This document shows, in pieces, positions 20,561-30,468 of a stretch of DNA of 64,000 nucleotides. A model generated the notes under the pieces. The model did no database searches. It saw nothing but the letters and a program-made list of their open reading frames with translations, and was not told the DNA's origin. Numbering within the stretch: the stretch's first letter is position 1; each line of letters begins with the position of its first letter. The position numbers were made by a program, and so were the translations under genes. Origin of the DNA: an uncultured bacterium (GTDB lineage Bacteria; Krumholzibacteriota; Krumholzibacteriia; JACNKJ01); NCBI GenBank assembly GCA_963695095.1, contig CAVOFT010000001.1, positions 3,488,001 to 3,552,000 on the forward strand, read 5' to 3'.

Positions 20561-21088
20561 ATGAAGATCCTCAGGCTCCTGGCGGGTCTCCTGCTGGTGA
20601 GCTCGCCGGCCTTGGCCGACATGATCGGCGGCACCGCGGAGATCCTCGGCCCGGGCATGGTCAATCCTGGCACTGTAGTCACGTTCATGATCGAGGTTAC
20701 GAACGGCAGCAGCGACGGCGAGGCGACCTCGGCCGTGCACTTCCGCTTTCCGGAGACTTTCACCGTTCTCGAGGGCTGGGTCGACGATCGTGGCCAAGGC
20801 TGGAGCTTCGCCATGATGCCCTCCGGGTCCTACAACGAGCGCGGCATCTTCTACGACGCTGACGACGACCTCGCACGGGGCGAGATCCTGCCCGACCAGA
20901 GCGGCACCTTTTTCATCCGGGTGGCCGTCACGGGCAGCACCGACTGCGGCATCTACGACATCGGCTGGAAGCAGTACGGCGACAATCAGGGCAAGCACCC
21001 GCACTACGTCCTCAGCAGCATTCCCTACGACGTCTGCGGCATCGCCGTGGAGGAGATCAGCTTCTCCAGCGTGAAGAGCCTCTACTAG
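20561..21088 (+). CDS. Secreted protein with C-terminal KxLY motif
   Basis: Signal MKILRLLAGLLLVSSPALA; ends AVEEISFSSVKSLY; GGAGG RBS. Confidence 0.85.
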   Translation: MKILRLLAGLLLVSSPALADMIGGTAEILGPGMVNPGTVVTFMIEVTNGSSDGEATSAVHFRFPETFTVLEGWVDDRGQGWSFAMMPSGSYNERGIFYDADDDLARGEILPDQSGTFFIRVAVTGSTDCGIYDIGWKQYGDNQGKHPHYVLSSIPYDVCGIAVEEISFSSVKSLY

Positions 21089-21147
21089 GAGTTCGGCAGA
21101 ACTGCGAGCCCCCGGCCATGGCGGCCGGGGGCTTGCCATAGCGGGAC

Positions 21148-22407
21148 CTAGCGCCCCCGCTCGAGGCTTTGGCGCTTGAGCTCGAGGAAGCGCGCCTTGA
21201 GTTCCTGGTTCTCCGGCAGCCGCGCCCGTTCCTCGTAGGCCTTGTCCAGGCGCAGCACGAGGAAGGCCGAGAGCAGCACGAACCAGGCCGGGACGATGAG
21301 CGGCACCAGCCGCCGCCAGCCGCGCCCGACCAGGACCCGCAGCATCTTCATGGTTCCCGTGGCGATCACCAGGCAGAACCCCGCCGAGGCCAGGTAGAGG
21401 TACTTGGTGTTGACCCAGTCCCCCGGCAGGTAGAAGAAGCAGAAGGGCAGGATCGTCAGCACCATCCAGGCGATGAAGAAGCGCAGGGTGGTGTTGCCGA
21501 ACACGAAGCCGTAGGCCGCGTAGCTGAAGATGATCACGGCGGTGAGCGGCCGGATCCAGCCGCTCCAGCCGTAGATCCGCGAGATCCAGGTGCCCTCCTC
21601 CACCAGCTCCGTGTAGTGGATGGGGTAGACCATGTGCACCAGGTAGCTGGGCACATTGCCGAGGAAGTTGCCGACGGCGAAGCCCAGCCCCCAGCCCGCG
21701 GGATAGGCGCTGGTGACGGCGCGGAAGTGCGCCCACTGGAAGCCGGTCAGCAGCCCGCCGTAGATCAGCAGGATCAGCAGCGGCCCCGCCAGCACGCGCC
21801 GTCCCTGCCGCTCGCGGCGGAGGAAGACGTTGTAGGCCAGCAGCACGCCGATGCCGCTGAGGAAGGCAAAGCGGTTGATCAGCGACAGCGTGAAGAAGAC
21901 CAGGGTGGCCAGGAACCAGAGTGAAATGAGGCGCCCCTTGCCGCGGGTCTCGTTGATCACGTAGAACATGACCGTGAGGATGAAGACCGCATGCATGAGG
22001 ATGCCGCTCACGCCCGCGGCGTACATCACCTCCTTGCCGTAGTTGCCCACGGCGAAGGCGAACAGGCTGGCGCTGAGGAAGGCGATCCCGAAGTCGTGCA
22101 GGATGAGGTCGATGAGCAGGTAGAGCAGGAAGGCGTTCACCGCGTGGATGAAGATGTTGAGCAGGTAGTAGCCGGCCGGCTTGTCGCCGAAGAAGAGATA
22201 CTCGAGCCGATGCAGCAGGCTCACGAGGGGATGCGCCTCGAGGCTCCTGCCCGCCAGCTCGTCGCCCGCCGTGCCCTGGAGGCTCTGGGCAAGGAACTCG
22301 TACTCGATGGCCGTCCAGAACTCGTTGTTGAGAATCCGTCCAAAGAGCAGGAAGCTGAAGCCGAGGAGGATGAGAAAGAGCAGCGTCTTGTTGTCCTTTA
22401 GCCTCAT
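21148..22407 (-). CDS. Polytopic membrane protein, GT-C (TMTC/ArnT/PMT-like) glycosyltransferase-like
   Basis: About 10-12 hydrophobic segments; FG..PAGYYLLNIFIHAVNAFLLY and late KYLYLAS motif. Confidence 0.65.
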   Translation of the reverse strand: MRLKDNKTLLFLILLGFSFLLFGRILNNEFWTAIEYEFLAQSLQGTAGDELAGRSLEAHPLVSLLHRLEYLFFGDKPAGYYLLNIFIHAVNAFLLYLLIDLILHDFGIAFLSASLFAFAVGNYGKEVMYAAGVSGILMHAVFILTVMFYVINETRGKGRLISLWFLATLVFFTLSLINRFAFLSGIGVLLAYNVFLRRERQGRRVLAGPLLILLIYGGLLTGFQWAHFRAVTSAYPAGWGLGFAVGNFLGNVPSYLVHMVYPIHYTELVEEGTWISRIYGWSGWIRPLTAVIIFSYAAYGFVFGNTTLRFFIAWMVLTILPFCFFYLPGDWVNTKYLYLASAGFCLVIATGTMKMLRVLVGRGWRRLVPLIVPAWFVLLSAFLVLRLDKAYEERARLPENQELKARFLELKRQSLERGR

Positions 22408-22475
22408 TCTCTGCCACCTCTCGCGCCGGGCTCGGCGCACTGACCAGTCTAGGCCGCGCGAAAGGGGCGGGCAAC

Positions 22476-23717
22476 GTGTTTCGTGACCGCAACCTGCTGC
22501 TCCTCGCCAGCGGCCAGTTCGCGAGCCGACTCGGCGACGCCAGCTTTCACCTGGCCCTGATCTGGCTGGCCAAGGAGCTGACCGGCTCCAAGCAGGCCAT
22601 GGGCCTGGTGGCCATGCTGGAGTACCTGCCCATCCTGCTCTTCGGCGCCCTGGCCGGCGTGCTCGTCGATCGCTGGGACCGCCGGCGCGTGATGCTGGGT
22701 GCCAGCCTCTTTCGCGCCTTCCTCATGCTGGCCGTGCCCCTCGCCTTCATGGCCGGCTATCGCGGCCTCGCGGCCGGAGCGGCGGCGGCCTTCGGCCTGG
22801 CCCTGGCAACCAGCCTCTTCACCCCGGCCCGCGACGCCCTCGTCCCCCAGCTCGTCGGCGGCGGCGACCGCGTGGGCGCCAACGCGCTGGTGCAGGTCTC
22901 GGACCAGTTCGCCTGGCTGCTGGGCCCGCTGGTTTACCCGCTGCTGGTGCCCTGGCTGGGCTTCACCTGGGCCTTCATGGGCCCGGCGTTCATCTTCCTC
23001 GTGAGCTGGGCGCTGCTGCGCCGCCTGCGCAGCCCGGCCCGCGCGCTGCCGCCGGCGGAAGGCCCCGAGGCGCTGCTGCGCGCCGGGGAGGCCGGCCCGC
23101 CCCCGGGGGCGGTGGCCCTGGCCTGGAGCGAGCTGAAGGCCGGCTACGCGCTGGCCTGGCGGCGTCGCGAGCTGCGCTGGCTGCTCCTGCTCACGGCGGT
23201 GAACAACTTCTTCATCATGGGGCCGGCCATCGTGGCGATGCCGGCCTACATCGGCATCGATCTCGGCCTGTCCGCGATCTACCTGGGCCTCATCGAGTCC
23301 GTGCTGGCCGCGGGCATGATCCTGGGCTCGCTCGCCATCATCCGCTGGAAGCCGCGCACGGGCATGGGCAAGCTCTGGCTCTTCGGCATGGCGGCCGACG
23401 GCCTCACCTACGTGCCGATGCTGCTCGGCCCGCCCTTCCGCTGGCTGGTGCCGCTCATCTTCGTCCACGCGCTGTTCATTCCGTGGATCACGGTCTACCG
23501 GATCAGCATCGTGCAGAGCGTGGTGGCGCCGGCCCTGCAGGGGCGGGCCTTCGCCTTCGTGGGCATGGCGGTGGTGGGCATGACGGCCCTGGCCAGCGGC
23601 GTCACCGGGCTGTTGCTGGGCGTGATCCCCACCCACACCCTCTTCGGCGCCTGGGGTTTCTTCGGCATGTGCTGCGGGCTGCTGGGCTTCGCCGTGCCCA
23701 GCCTCCGGCGCTTGTGA
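22476..23717 (+). CDS. MFS transporter
   Basis: GQFASRLGD, motif A GVLVDRWDRRRVM, about 12 TM helices. Confidence 0.92.
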   Translation: MFRDRNLLLLASGQFASRLGDASFHLALIWLAKELTGSKQAMGLVAMLEYLPILLFGALAGVLVDRWDRRRVMLGASLFRAFLMLAVPLAFMAGYRGLAAGAAAAFGLALATSLFTPARDALVPQLVGGGDRVGANALVQVSDQFAWLLGPLVYPLLVPWLGFTWAFMGPAFIFLVSWALLRRLRSPARALPPAEGPEALLRAGEAGPPPGAVALAWSELKAGYALAWRRRELRWLLLLTAVNNFFIMGPAIVAMPAYIGIDLGLSAIYLGLIESVLAAGMILGSLAIIRWKPRTGMGKLWLFGMAADGLTYVPMLLGPPFRWLVPLIFVHALFIPWITVYRISIVQSVVAPALQGRAFAFVGMAVVGMTALASGVTGLLLGVIPTHTLFGAWGFFGMCCGLLGFAVPSLRRL

Positions 23718-23794
23718 GCGCACTGCGGATTCCGGTATCCTTGGGCGCTGCGCACAGGTGCTGAACCTGTGCCGTCCGGGAGGAGTCGAGGCCG

Positions 23795-26242
23795 GTGCAC
23801 CGAGCGATGCGTGCCGCGTTCCGCCTGCGCTCTCTGGTCTGGCTCCTGTCGGGGTCGGCCCTCTTGCCCTTCGCCGGCCGCACGTCCGCGAGCCCCTTTC
23901 TCGTCGAGCGGCAGCTCTCCGACCGCCTCCGCCCCCTGCCCTACCGCGCCGAACTCGACGCGGAGAATTTCCTGCCCCTCGGCTCTGCCACCGGCGGCGC
24001 CTGGAATCGCGCCTACCTGCTGATGGACGTCGACGGGGATGGCAGCGAGGATCTGGTGTTCTCGGGACCGCGTAACGTCGTGGCGACATCCCGCGCGACT
24101 GGCCCCGAGGTGATCCTGCTTGACCATTACCCGCCTCCCCAGTTCGACAGTGGCGATATTGGCTTCGAGCTGCTCGCCGCCGACTGCGACGGGGACGGCC
24201 AGGACGAGATCGTCATCGGCGGCCGCACTCGCGACTGCTCGCGCTATGGCTTCTGGATCTACGATCCGCGGACGCGCAGGGTGGAGTCGGAGTTCTACCT
24301 CGACGCGGTCAGCGACCGCCGCCCCGATGGCGCCTGGGACGGCGTCTACGCCCCCATCGGCATCTTCAGTGTGCCCACGGCGAGCGGCGAGCGGCGCGCC
24401 CTGCTCATCGCCTGCACGGTGGGCTTCGACATCGACGGCCGCGGCCTGCTCGCCGTGGATCCGAGCAGCGGCGAGGTGCTCTGCCGCTTCAGCTCGGGCG
24501 CCGGCATCGACTACCGGCTCGTTCACCTGCTGGACCTCGACGGCGACGGCCGCCTGGACATCCTGGCCGGCGCGCGCTGCCCGGACAACCTGGGCGGGCA
24601 CGCGATCAACGGCTTCGACGATCACAGCCTCCGCCTCATGGCCTTCGATGCCACCGGCAGCCTGCTCTGGACGCGCGAGCTCTACAGCTACATCGCCTAC
24701 CTGCAGCTCGAAGTCGGCGACCTCGACGGCGACGGCAGGCCGGAGATCGTCACCAGCGCCGCGCGGGACAGCTCGCTGGAGAGCCGGCTCACGGTGTGGT
24801 CCAGCACAGGCGAGCCGCTGGCCGACTACCGGGAAACCGGGGCCTCCTACCGCGATATCGCGATCGCGGAGAATCCCCGTGGCCTGATCGCCGTCGGCGG
24901 CGCGGGCACGGAGCTGCGGACCTTCCGCTACCGGCAGGGCAAGCTGGACCCGCAGGTCCTCGCGCGGGGTCCGGGATCGCTGAAGGTCTGCCGCTTCCTC
25001 GACGTCTTTCCCGAACGCCCGGCGCAGGAGCTGGTCGTCGTCAGCGTAGAGGGTCCGCTCTTCGTGCTCGATGCGAGTCTGCGCGCGCTGGCGACGGCCC
25101 CCGACAACCCGGGACCCGCCGGCCGCTACGTCGACATCTGGCAGCCGCGCCCGGACCTGCGACTGCTGCTGCGGCAGAATCATCTCGGCCACTCGGGCAG
25201 CTCCCTTCGCTTCTCCGCTACTCCATGGCCGCTGCAGCGCTGGCCCGAGCTTGCCGCCGCGGGCGCGCTGGCGCTCCTCGCCCTGCCGGCCTACCGCCGC
25301 CTGCGCCGACCGGCGCCGCCCAGCGAGGAGCTGCTGCGCATCCGCCGGCGGGAACTGCTGGGGCGGCTGGAGGTCGCGGACCACGGCTCGCTGGCGGCCT
25401 TCCGCCCCTTCCGGCGCCTGCACTGGTACCTGCAGGGACTGGGCACCGATGACCCCGGCAAGCGCGAGACGCTGCGGGAGCAGGCCCGGCTGCGTTGCCG
25501 GGAGTACGGGGAGGGCGCCGAACTCCTGCTGCAGGATTGCCTCGCGCAGGCCGCTGCGGCAGGGCTGGACGCGCGCGCCGTCGAACGCGCCGGCGAGGAT
25601 CTGGAGCGGCTCCGCGAATTGATCGATGCGCTCCTGCGCGCCGATCTCGACCCGGCGCTCTCCGCCCGCCTGATCCCCGAACTGCGCGCCGCCCAGGACA
25701 GCGCGGAGGCGAGCTTCCTGCGCCTGCGCCGCCACCTGGAGGCCGATCTCCGCGCCGATTTCGGCACCGTGCTGCAGCGGGTCCTCGCCGAGTATCGGGG
25801 AGAGATCGACAGTCGCGCGGTGGAGATCCAGGTCGCGGGGCCGGCGGGCCTGCCGGCCTGCCGGATGGATCCGGACGATCTCGCCTTCGTCCTCGACAAC
25901 CTGGTGGCCAACGCGCTGCGCGCCCTGACCAGCAGCGGGGAACGCCGCCTCCGCATCGAGACCAGCGTGGAGCATGGCCTGCTCCACTGCCTGTTCAGCG
26001 ATACGGGCGCCGGCATTCCGCCCGAGGACTGGGATGCGGCCCTCGACACGAGCTTCACCACCAAGGAGGGCGGCAAGGGCGGTCTCGGCCTGCCGAAGAG
26101 CCGCGAGTTGCTGGCCCGCAGCCGCGGCGCCCTGAGGATTCGCGAAAGCCGGGCGGGGGTCGGCACCACCCTGGAGCTGCAGCTTCCGCTCGCGCTGGCC
26201 GGCGCCGACGAGCAGACCACGGCCGAGGCTCCTCTCGGCTAG
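23795..26242 (+). CDS. Sensor kinase with extracellular FG-GAP/VCBS repeats and C-terminal HATPase
   Basis: Repeated DxDGDGxxE/D motifs, one TM segment, NLVANA, DTGAGI and FTTK..GGLGL. Confidence 0.8.
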   Translation: MHRAMRAAFRLRSLVWLLSGSALLPFAGRTSASPFLVERQLSDRLRPLPYRAELDAENFLPLGSATGGAWNRAYLLMDVDGDGSEDLVFSGPRNVVATSRATGPEVILLDHYPPPQFDSGDIGFELLAADCDGDGQDEIVIGGRTRDCSRYGFWIYDPRTRRVESEFYLDAVSDRRPDGAWDGVYAPIGIFSVPTASGERRALLIACTVGFDIDGRGLLAVDPSSGEVLCRFSSGAGIDYRLVHLLDLDGDGRLDILAGARCPDNLGGHAINGFDDHSLRLMAFDATGSLLWTRELYSYIAYLQLEVGDLDGDGRPEIVTSAARDSSLESRLTVWSSTGEPLADYRETGASYRDIAIAENPRGLIAVGGAGTELRTFRYRQGKLDPQVLARGPGSLKVCRFLDVFPERPAQELVVVSVEGPLFVLDASLRALATAPDNPGPAGRYVDIWQPRPDLRLLLRQNHLGHSGSSLRFSATPWPLQRWPELAAAGALALLALPAYRRLRRPAPPSEELLRIRRRELLGRLEVADHGSLAAFRPFRRLHWYLQGLGTDDPGKRETLREQARLRCREYGEGAELLLQDCLAQAAAAGLDARAVERAGEDLERLRELIDALLRADLDPALSARLIPELRAAQDSAEASFLRLRRHLEADLRADFGTVLQRVLAEYRGEIDSRAVEIQVAGPAGLPACRMDPDDLAFVLDNLVANALRALTSSGERRLRIETSVEHGLLHCLFSDTGAGIPPEDWDAALDTSFTTKEGGKGGLGLPKSRELLARSRGALRIRESRAGVGTTLELQLPLALAGADEQTTAEAPLG

Positions 26243-26258
26243 AATCCCGGCCACGGGT

Positions 26259-26350
26259 CGTGGTGGCGCCGGCCCTGCAAGGGCGAGCCTTCGCCTTCGT
26301 GGGCAAGGCGGTGGAGGGCATGGCGCTCCCGGCCGGCGGCGTCAGCGGGC
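26259..26350 (+). repeat. Diverged ~92-bp copy of MFS gene segment 23519-23610
   Basis: GTGGTGGCGCCGGCCCTGCA(G/A)GGGCG(G/A)GCCTTCGCCTTCGTGGGCA.. is collinear in both places. Confidence 0.9.
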
Positions 26351-26437
26351 CGCCACGAGTCGGAAACCCCTTCCCACTGCCGGGAAGGCGTGTAGAGTCC
26401 CCTTCGAGACTTGCCTTCTCGTGCCGGGTGGTGGTCG

Positions 26438-28903
26438 ATGGCGATGCCTGCAAGTCCGGAATCCCAGCGCGCCGCCCGCCGGCGCCGGGCCCTGCTTCTC
26501 TTCCTCAGCGCTCTTCTCCTGGTCCAGCTTGGGATCGGCATCGCAGCCATCGTCAGCCTCAGCCATCTGCCTTGGGCAGGCGACAGCCGGGTGAGCAGTC
26601 GCAGCTTCCTGCGCGACCTGCCGGCACTGCGGCAGGCGGGCGGCTTTCCAGGCGACGCCACGCCTGCCGGCGCCGCCGCCGAGGGAGCCGAGAGGGCAGC
26701 TTCCCCGGCGCGCATCTGGCTGCTCTACGGGCCCCTGCTCGCGCCGTCCCTGCTCCTGCTTCTCGTGGGCGCCCTGGTGGGGCTGCTCAAGCCCCTCGAT
26801 GCGCGGGCCTGGGCCGTGGCACTTGCCTTCCTCTCGCTTGCCCAGGGCGTCTCGCTCTTTCTCGAGCAGACGCCCCTGCTGGGTATTCTTCCCCTCCCCC
26901 TGCTCGCCGTTCTGCTGGCGCTCGCCCGGCTCGCCCTCTATCCCTTGGCCCATTTCAGTCTGGTCATGCTGTCGAGCTTCCCCAGCGAGTCCTGGCTTGG
27001 CCGCGCTCTGCGGCCCTGGCGCTGGCTAGTGACCCTGCCCTTCGCCCTGCTTGCCCTGGACGGACTGCTCGACAGCCTCGTGATCGGCGGCGCCGGCACC
27101 CGTCCGCTTGGGACCTTCGGCGCACTGCTGGAGCGCTTTGCGCACTGGGAGCTGCTGATCGCGCTGCTGGTCGCGCTCTGCCTCGCCCTTCTCGCCGCCC
27201 AACGCCGGAGCGCATCGGCGAGTGAAGAACGGCGGCGCGGGATCATCGAGGCGGGCATCCTGGCAGCCTGCGCCGGGGCTCTCTGGGCCGTTCTGGGCTG
27301 GAAGACGGGATGGCACCAGGGGCTGGCGGCCGCGCCGGGGGGGCCGGCGCCGCTCTGGGTGCTGAGCTGGTTGGCGCCTGTCTTCCTGTTCTCCTTTCTC
27401 CCCGCTTCCTTCACCTATGCCGTGCTCGCGCGCCGTGTCTTCGGCATTCGGCTCATCATCCGGCGCGGTCTCCAGCATCTGCTGCTCTCCCGCAGTGTCC
27501 TCGTGGTGGAGGGGATACTGATCTTCCTCATCCTCGAGAGCCTCCTCCGTCTGGAAGCGGGGCGCGCCGAGGGCGCGAGCGGCGCGGCGATCATCACCCT
27601 GGCCGCGATCGTTGGCATCGGCCGCATCAACCGCCCGCTCTTCAGGCGGCTCGACCGCCGCTTCTTCCGGGAACGCTACGACGCGCGGCGTCTCCTGCTC
27701 GGTCTTGGGCAGCGCTTCGGGATTCTGTCCCAGAAGAGCCTGATCCTCGCGGAGGCCGTGCAGGTGATCGGACAGGCCTTGCAGCTGGAGGGCGCTGCCT
27801 GCCTGAGTCGCGACCTTCGCGCCGGGCAGCCCCGCTGGCATGTCCTCGTCCGCTTCCCGGCGGAAACCGACGGTGTGAGCGCCCTCGACGGCGATGAGCC
27901 GCCCGTGTCGGCGCTGGAGGCCCTCAGCTGCGAGCGGCCGCTCCTCGATCTGCCGGCTACGGGTGCGCGTGAAGGCGCTGCTGCAGGGCACCCGCGCGCC
28001 GAGCTGCTCGTCGCGATCCCCGGCGCAGAGGGTGTCGTCGGTTGCCTGGCCCTGGCCGCCAAGCGCTCCGGCGAGCCCTTCGGTCGCGAGGACCGGACTC
28101 TCCTGACCACCGTGGCGGGTCAGCTGGGCCTCACGCTGGAGAACCTGGCGCTGCTCGAAACAGCCCGCCGCGAGGCGCGGCAGGTCCGCGAGCTCGAGAT
28201 TGCCCAGCAGGTGCAGCGACAGCTGTTTCCCGCCCGGCTGCCGGAGCTTTCCGGCTGGCGGCTGGCCGCCCTCTGCAAACCCGCGCAGGAAGTGGGAGGC
28301 GACTACTACGATGTCTTCCTCACGGAAGGTCGCCAGCTGGCGCTCGCGCTTGGCGATGTCTCGGGAAAGGGCCTTGGCCCTGCACTCGTGATGTCGAACA
28401 TCCAGGCGCTGATTCGTGACCGGATGCGGCGCGCCGACATCGAACTGCCCGCCCTCGCTCAGACCCTGAATCAGCACCTGCGCGAGTTCACGGGTCCCAG
28501 CACCTTCATCACGCTCTTCGTGGGACTCCTGGATCCGGATACGGGGCGCTTGCGCTACGTGAACTGTGGTCACAACCCGCCGCTGCTGCTGGCTCCCGGT
28601 GCTGCTGAGCCTTTGCGGCTCGAGGCCGGTGGCACTGTCCTCGGGCTCCTGCCTGCGCTCGCCTTCGCCGCCGCCGAGGCCAGGCTAGCGCCGGGCTCGA
28701 CGCTCCTGCTCTACAGCGACGGAGTGACGGAGGCTGCAGGCCCCGGAGAATCGCAATTCGGGGAAACGCGGCTCATGCAGGGTCTGGGGTCGGGGCTGCA
28801 GCCCGAGGCCATGCTCGCCGAGCTGATGACCGCCATTCAGGATTTCGCCGGTGGCCAACCGCAGTCGGACGACATCTCGGTCGTCTGCCTCAAGCGGCTC
28901 TAG
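26438..28903 (+). CDS. Membrane-bound PP2C/SpoIIE (RsbU-like) phosphatase with GAF domain
   Basis: Multi-TM N-terminus; VGGDYYD, GDVSGKG, NCGHNPP, YSDGVTE and DDIS. Confidence 0.92.
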   Translation: MAMPASPESQRAARRRRALLLFLSALLLVQLGIGIAAIVSLSHLPWAGDSRVSSRSFLRDLPALRQAGGFPGDATPAGAAAEGAERAASPARIWLLYGPLLAPSLLLLLVGALVGLLKPLDARAWAVALAFLSLAQGVSLFLEQTPLLGILPLPLLAVLLALARLALYPLAHFSLVMLSSFPSESWLGRALRPWRWLVTLPFALLALDGLLDSLVIGGAGTRPLGTFGALLERFAHWELLIALLVALCLALLAAQRRSASASEERRRGIIEAGILAACAGALWAVLGWKTGWHQGLAAAPGGPAPLWVLSWLAPVFLFSFLPASFTYAVLARRVFGIRLIIRRGLQHLLLSRSVLVVEGILIFLILESLLRLEAGRAEGASGAAIITLAAIVGIGRINRPLFRRLDRRFFRERYDARRLLLGLGQRFGILSQKSLILAEAVQVIGQALQLEGAACLSRDLRAGQPRWHVLVRFPAETDGVSALDGDEPPVSALEALSCERPLLDLPATGAREGAAAGHPRAELLVAIPGAEGVVGCLALAAKRSGEPFGREDRTLLTTVAGQLGLTLENLALLETARREARQVRELEIAQQVQRQLFPARLPELSGWRLAALCKPAQEVGGDYYDVFLTEGRQLALALGDVSGKGLGPALVMSNIQALIRDRMRRADIELPALAQTLNQHLREFTGPSTFITLFVGLLDPDTGRLRYVNCGHNPPLLLAPGAAEPLRLEAGGTVLGLLPALAFAAAEARLAPGSTLLLYSDGVTEAAGPGESQFGETRLMQGLGSGLQPEAMLAELMTAIQDFAGGQPQSDDISVVCLKRL

Positions 28904-29001
28904 CGCCCCAAGCGCAGGCTGCAGGGCAGGCCCTCGGCGAAATCCGCCGCGCCGGCCGGCCCCGACTTGTGCGGTCCGGGCCGCCGTGCTACTGCTTGCC
29001 C

Positions 29002-30468
29002 ATGCCCAGCTTCAAGAACCTGCGCGAATTCTTGACCTTCCTCGAGGCCCGCGGCGAGCTGGTTCGCGTGCGCGAGCCCGTCAGCCGCGACCTCGAGATC
29101 ACCGAGATCGCCCTGCGCACCGTGCGCGCGGGCGGCCCGGCCCTGCTCTTCGAGCAGGTGAAGGGCTTCTCGACGCCGCTGGTCATCAACCTGTTCGGCA
29201 GCGAGCAGCGCATGGCCTGGGCCCTGGGCGGCGAGAGCCTGGCCGAGGTAGCCGGCCGCATCGAGGCCATGGTGAAGCTCACCCCGCCGGGCAGCATCCG
29301 TGAAAAACTGGCCGTGTTGCCGAAGCTCGCCGGCCTTGCGCGCATCCTGCCGAAGTCCGTGGGCAAGGCGCCCTGCCAGGAGCTGGTCTTCACCGGCAGC
29401 GAAGTGGATCTCGAGCGCATTCCCGCCCAGCTCTGCTGGCCCGGCGACGGCGGCCACTACTTCACGCAGACGCAGGTGTTCACGCGCGATCCGGCCACCG
29501 GCGCGCGCAACGTCGGCATGTACCGCGTGCAGATCTTCGACCGCAACAGCTGCGGCATGCACTGGCAGATGCACAAGGTGGGCGCCCAGCACCACCGCGA
29601 GGCCGAGGCCCGCGGCGAGCGGGTCGAGGTGGCCATCGCCTTCGGCGGCCAGCCGGCGATGATCTACGCCGCCAGCGCGCCGCTGCCCGAGGGCATCGAC
29701 GAGTGCCTGCTGGCCGGCTTCCTGGCGGAGCGCCCCGTCGAGCTGGTGAAGGGCAAGACGGTGAGCCTCGAGGTGCCCGCCGAGGCCGAGTTCGTCATCG
29801 AGGGCTATGTCGAGCCCGGCGAGCGGCGGCTCGAGGGCCCCTTCGGCGACCACACCGGCTACTACAGCCTCGCCGAGCAGTACCCGGTGCTGCACGTCAC
29901 GGCGATCACGCAGCGGCGGGACGCCATCTACCCCAGCATCGTGGTCGGCCCGCCGCCCCAGGAAGACGGCCCCATGGGCAAGGCCACCGAGCGGCTCTTC
30001 CTGCCGCTGATCAAGACGCAGTTTCCCGAGATCGTCGACATGCACCTGCCGGTGGAGGGCGTCTTCCACAACATCGCGCTGATCAGCATCAAGAAGCGCT
30101 ACCCCGGCCACGCCCGGAAGATGATGCAGGCGATCTGGGGCACGGGCCAGCTGATGTTCACCAAGGTGGTCATCGTGGTCGACGAGGACGTCGACGTGCA
30201 GAACCTGCCCGAGGTCGTCTGGCGCGTCACGGCCAACATCGACCCCAAGCGCGACGCGGTCTTCGCCGACGGCATCACCGACGTGCTCGACCACGCGTCT
30301 GACCGCATCGGCCTCGCGGGCAAGCTGGGCATCGACGCCACGCGCAAGTGGCCCGAGGAGGGCTTCCCGCGCGAGTGGCCCGAGGTGCTGACGATGGACC
30401 CCGCCGTGCGCGCCCGCATCGACGCCCTCTGGCCCGCCCTCGGCATCCGCCTGCCCGAGCGGCCTTGA
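29002..30468 (+). CDS. ubiD: UbiD-family (menaquinone biosynthesis) decarboxylase
   Basis: RNVGMYR, EGPFGDHTGYY, VVDEDVD and GIDATRK. Confidence 0.93.
   Translation: MPSFKNLREFLTFLEARGELVRVREPVSRDLEITEIALRTVRAGGPALLFEQVKGFSTPLVINLFGSEQRMAWALGGESLAEVAGRIEAMVKLTPPGSIREKLAVLPKLAGLARILPKSVGKAPCQELVFTGSEVDLERIPAQLCWPGDGGHYFTQTQVFTRDPATGARNVGMYRVQIFDRNSCGMHWQMHKVGAQHHREAEARGERVEVAIAFGGQPAMIYAASAPLPEGIDECLLAGFLAERPVELVKGKTVSLEVPAEAEFVIEGYVEPGERRLEGPFGDHTGYYSLAEQYPVLHVTAITQRRDAIYPSIVVGPPPQEDGPMGKATERLFLPLIKTQFPEIVDMHLPVEGVFHNIALISIKKRYPGHARKMMQAIWGTGQLMFTKVVIVVDEDVDVQNLPEVVWRVTANIDPKRDAVFADGITDVLDHASDRIGLAGKLGIDATRKWPEEGFPREWPEVLTMDPAVRARIDALWPALGIRLPERP

Noticed and set aside
23519..26350. MFS repeat pair as a diversity-generating retroelement TR/VR
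   Set aside because: The first four mismatches have A in the copy but later ones do not; there is no reverse transcriptase in the window, and an MFS helix is an implausible target.
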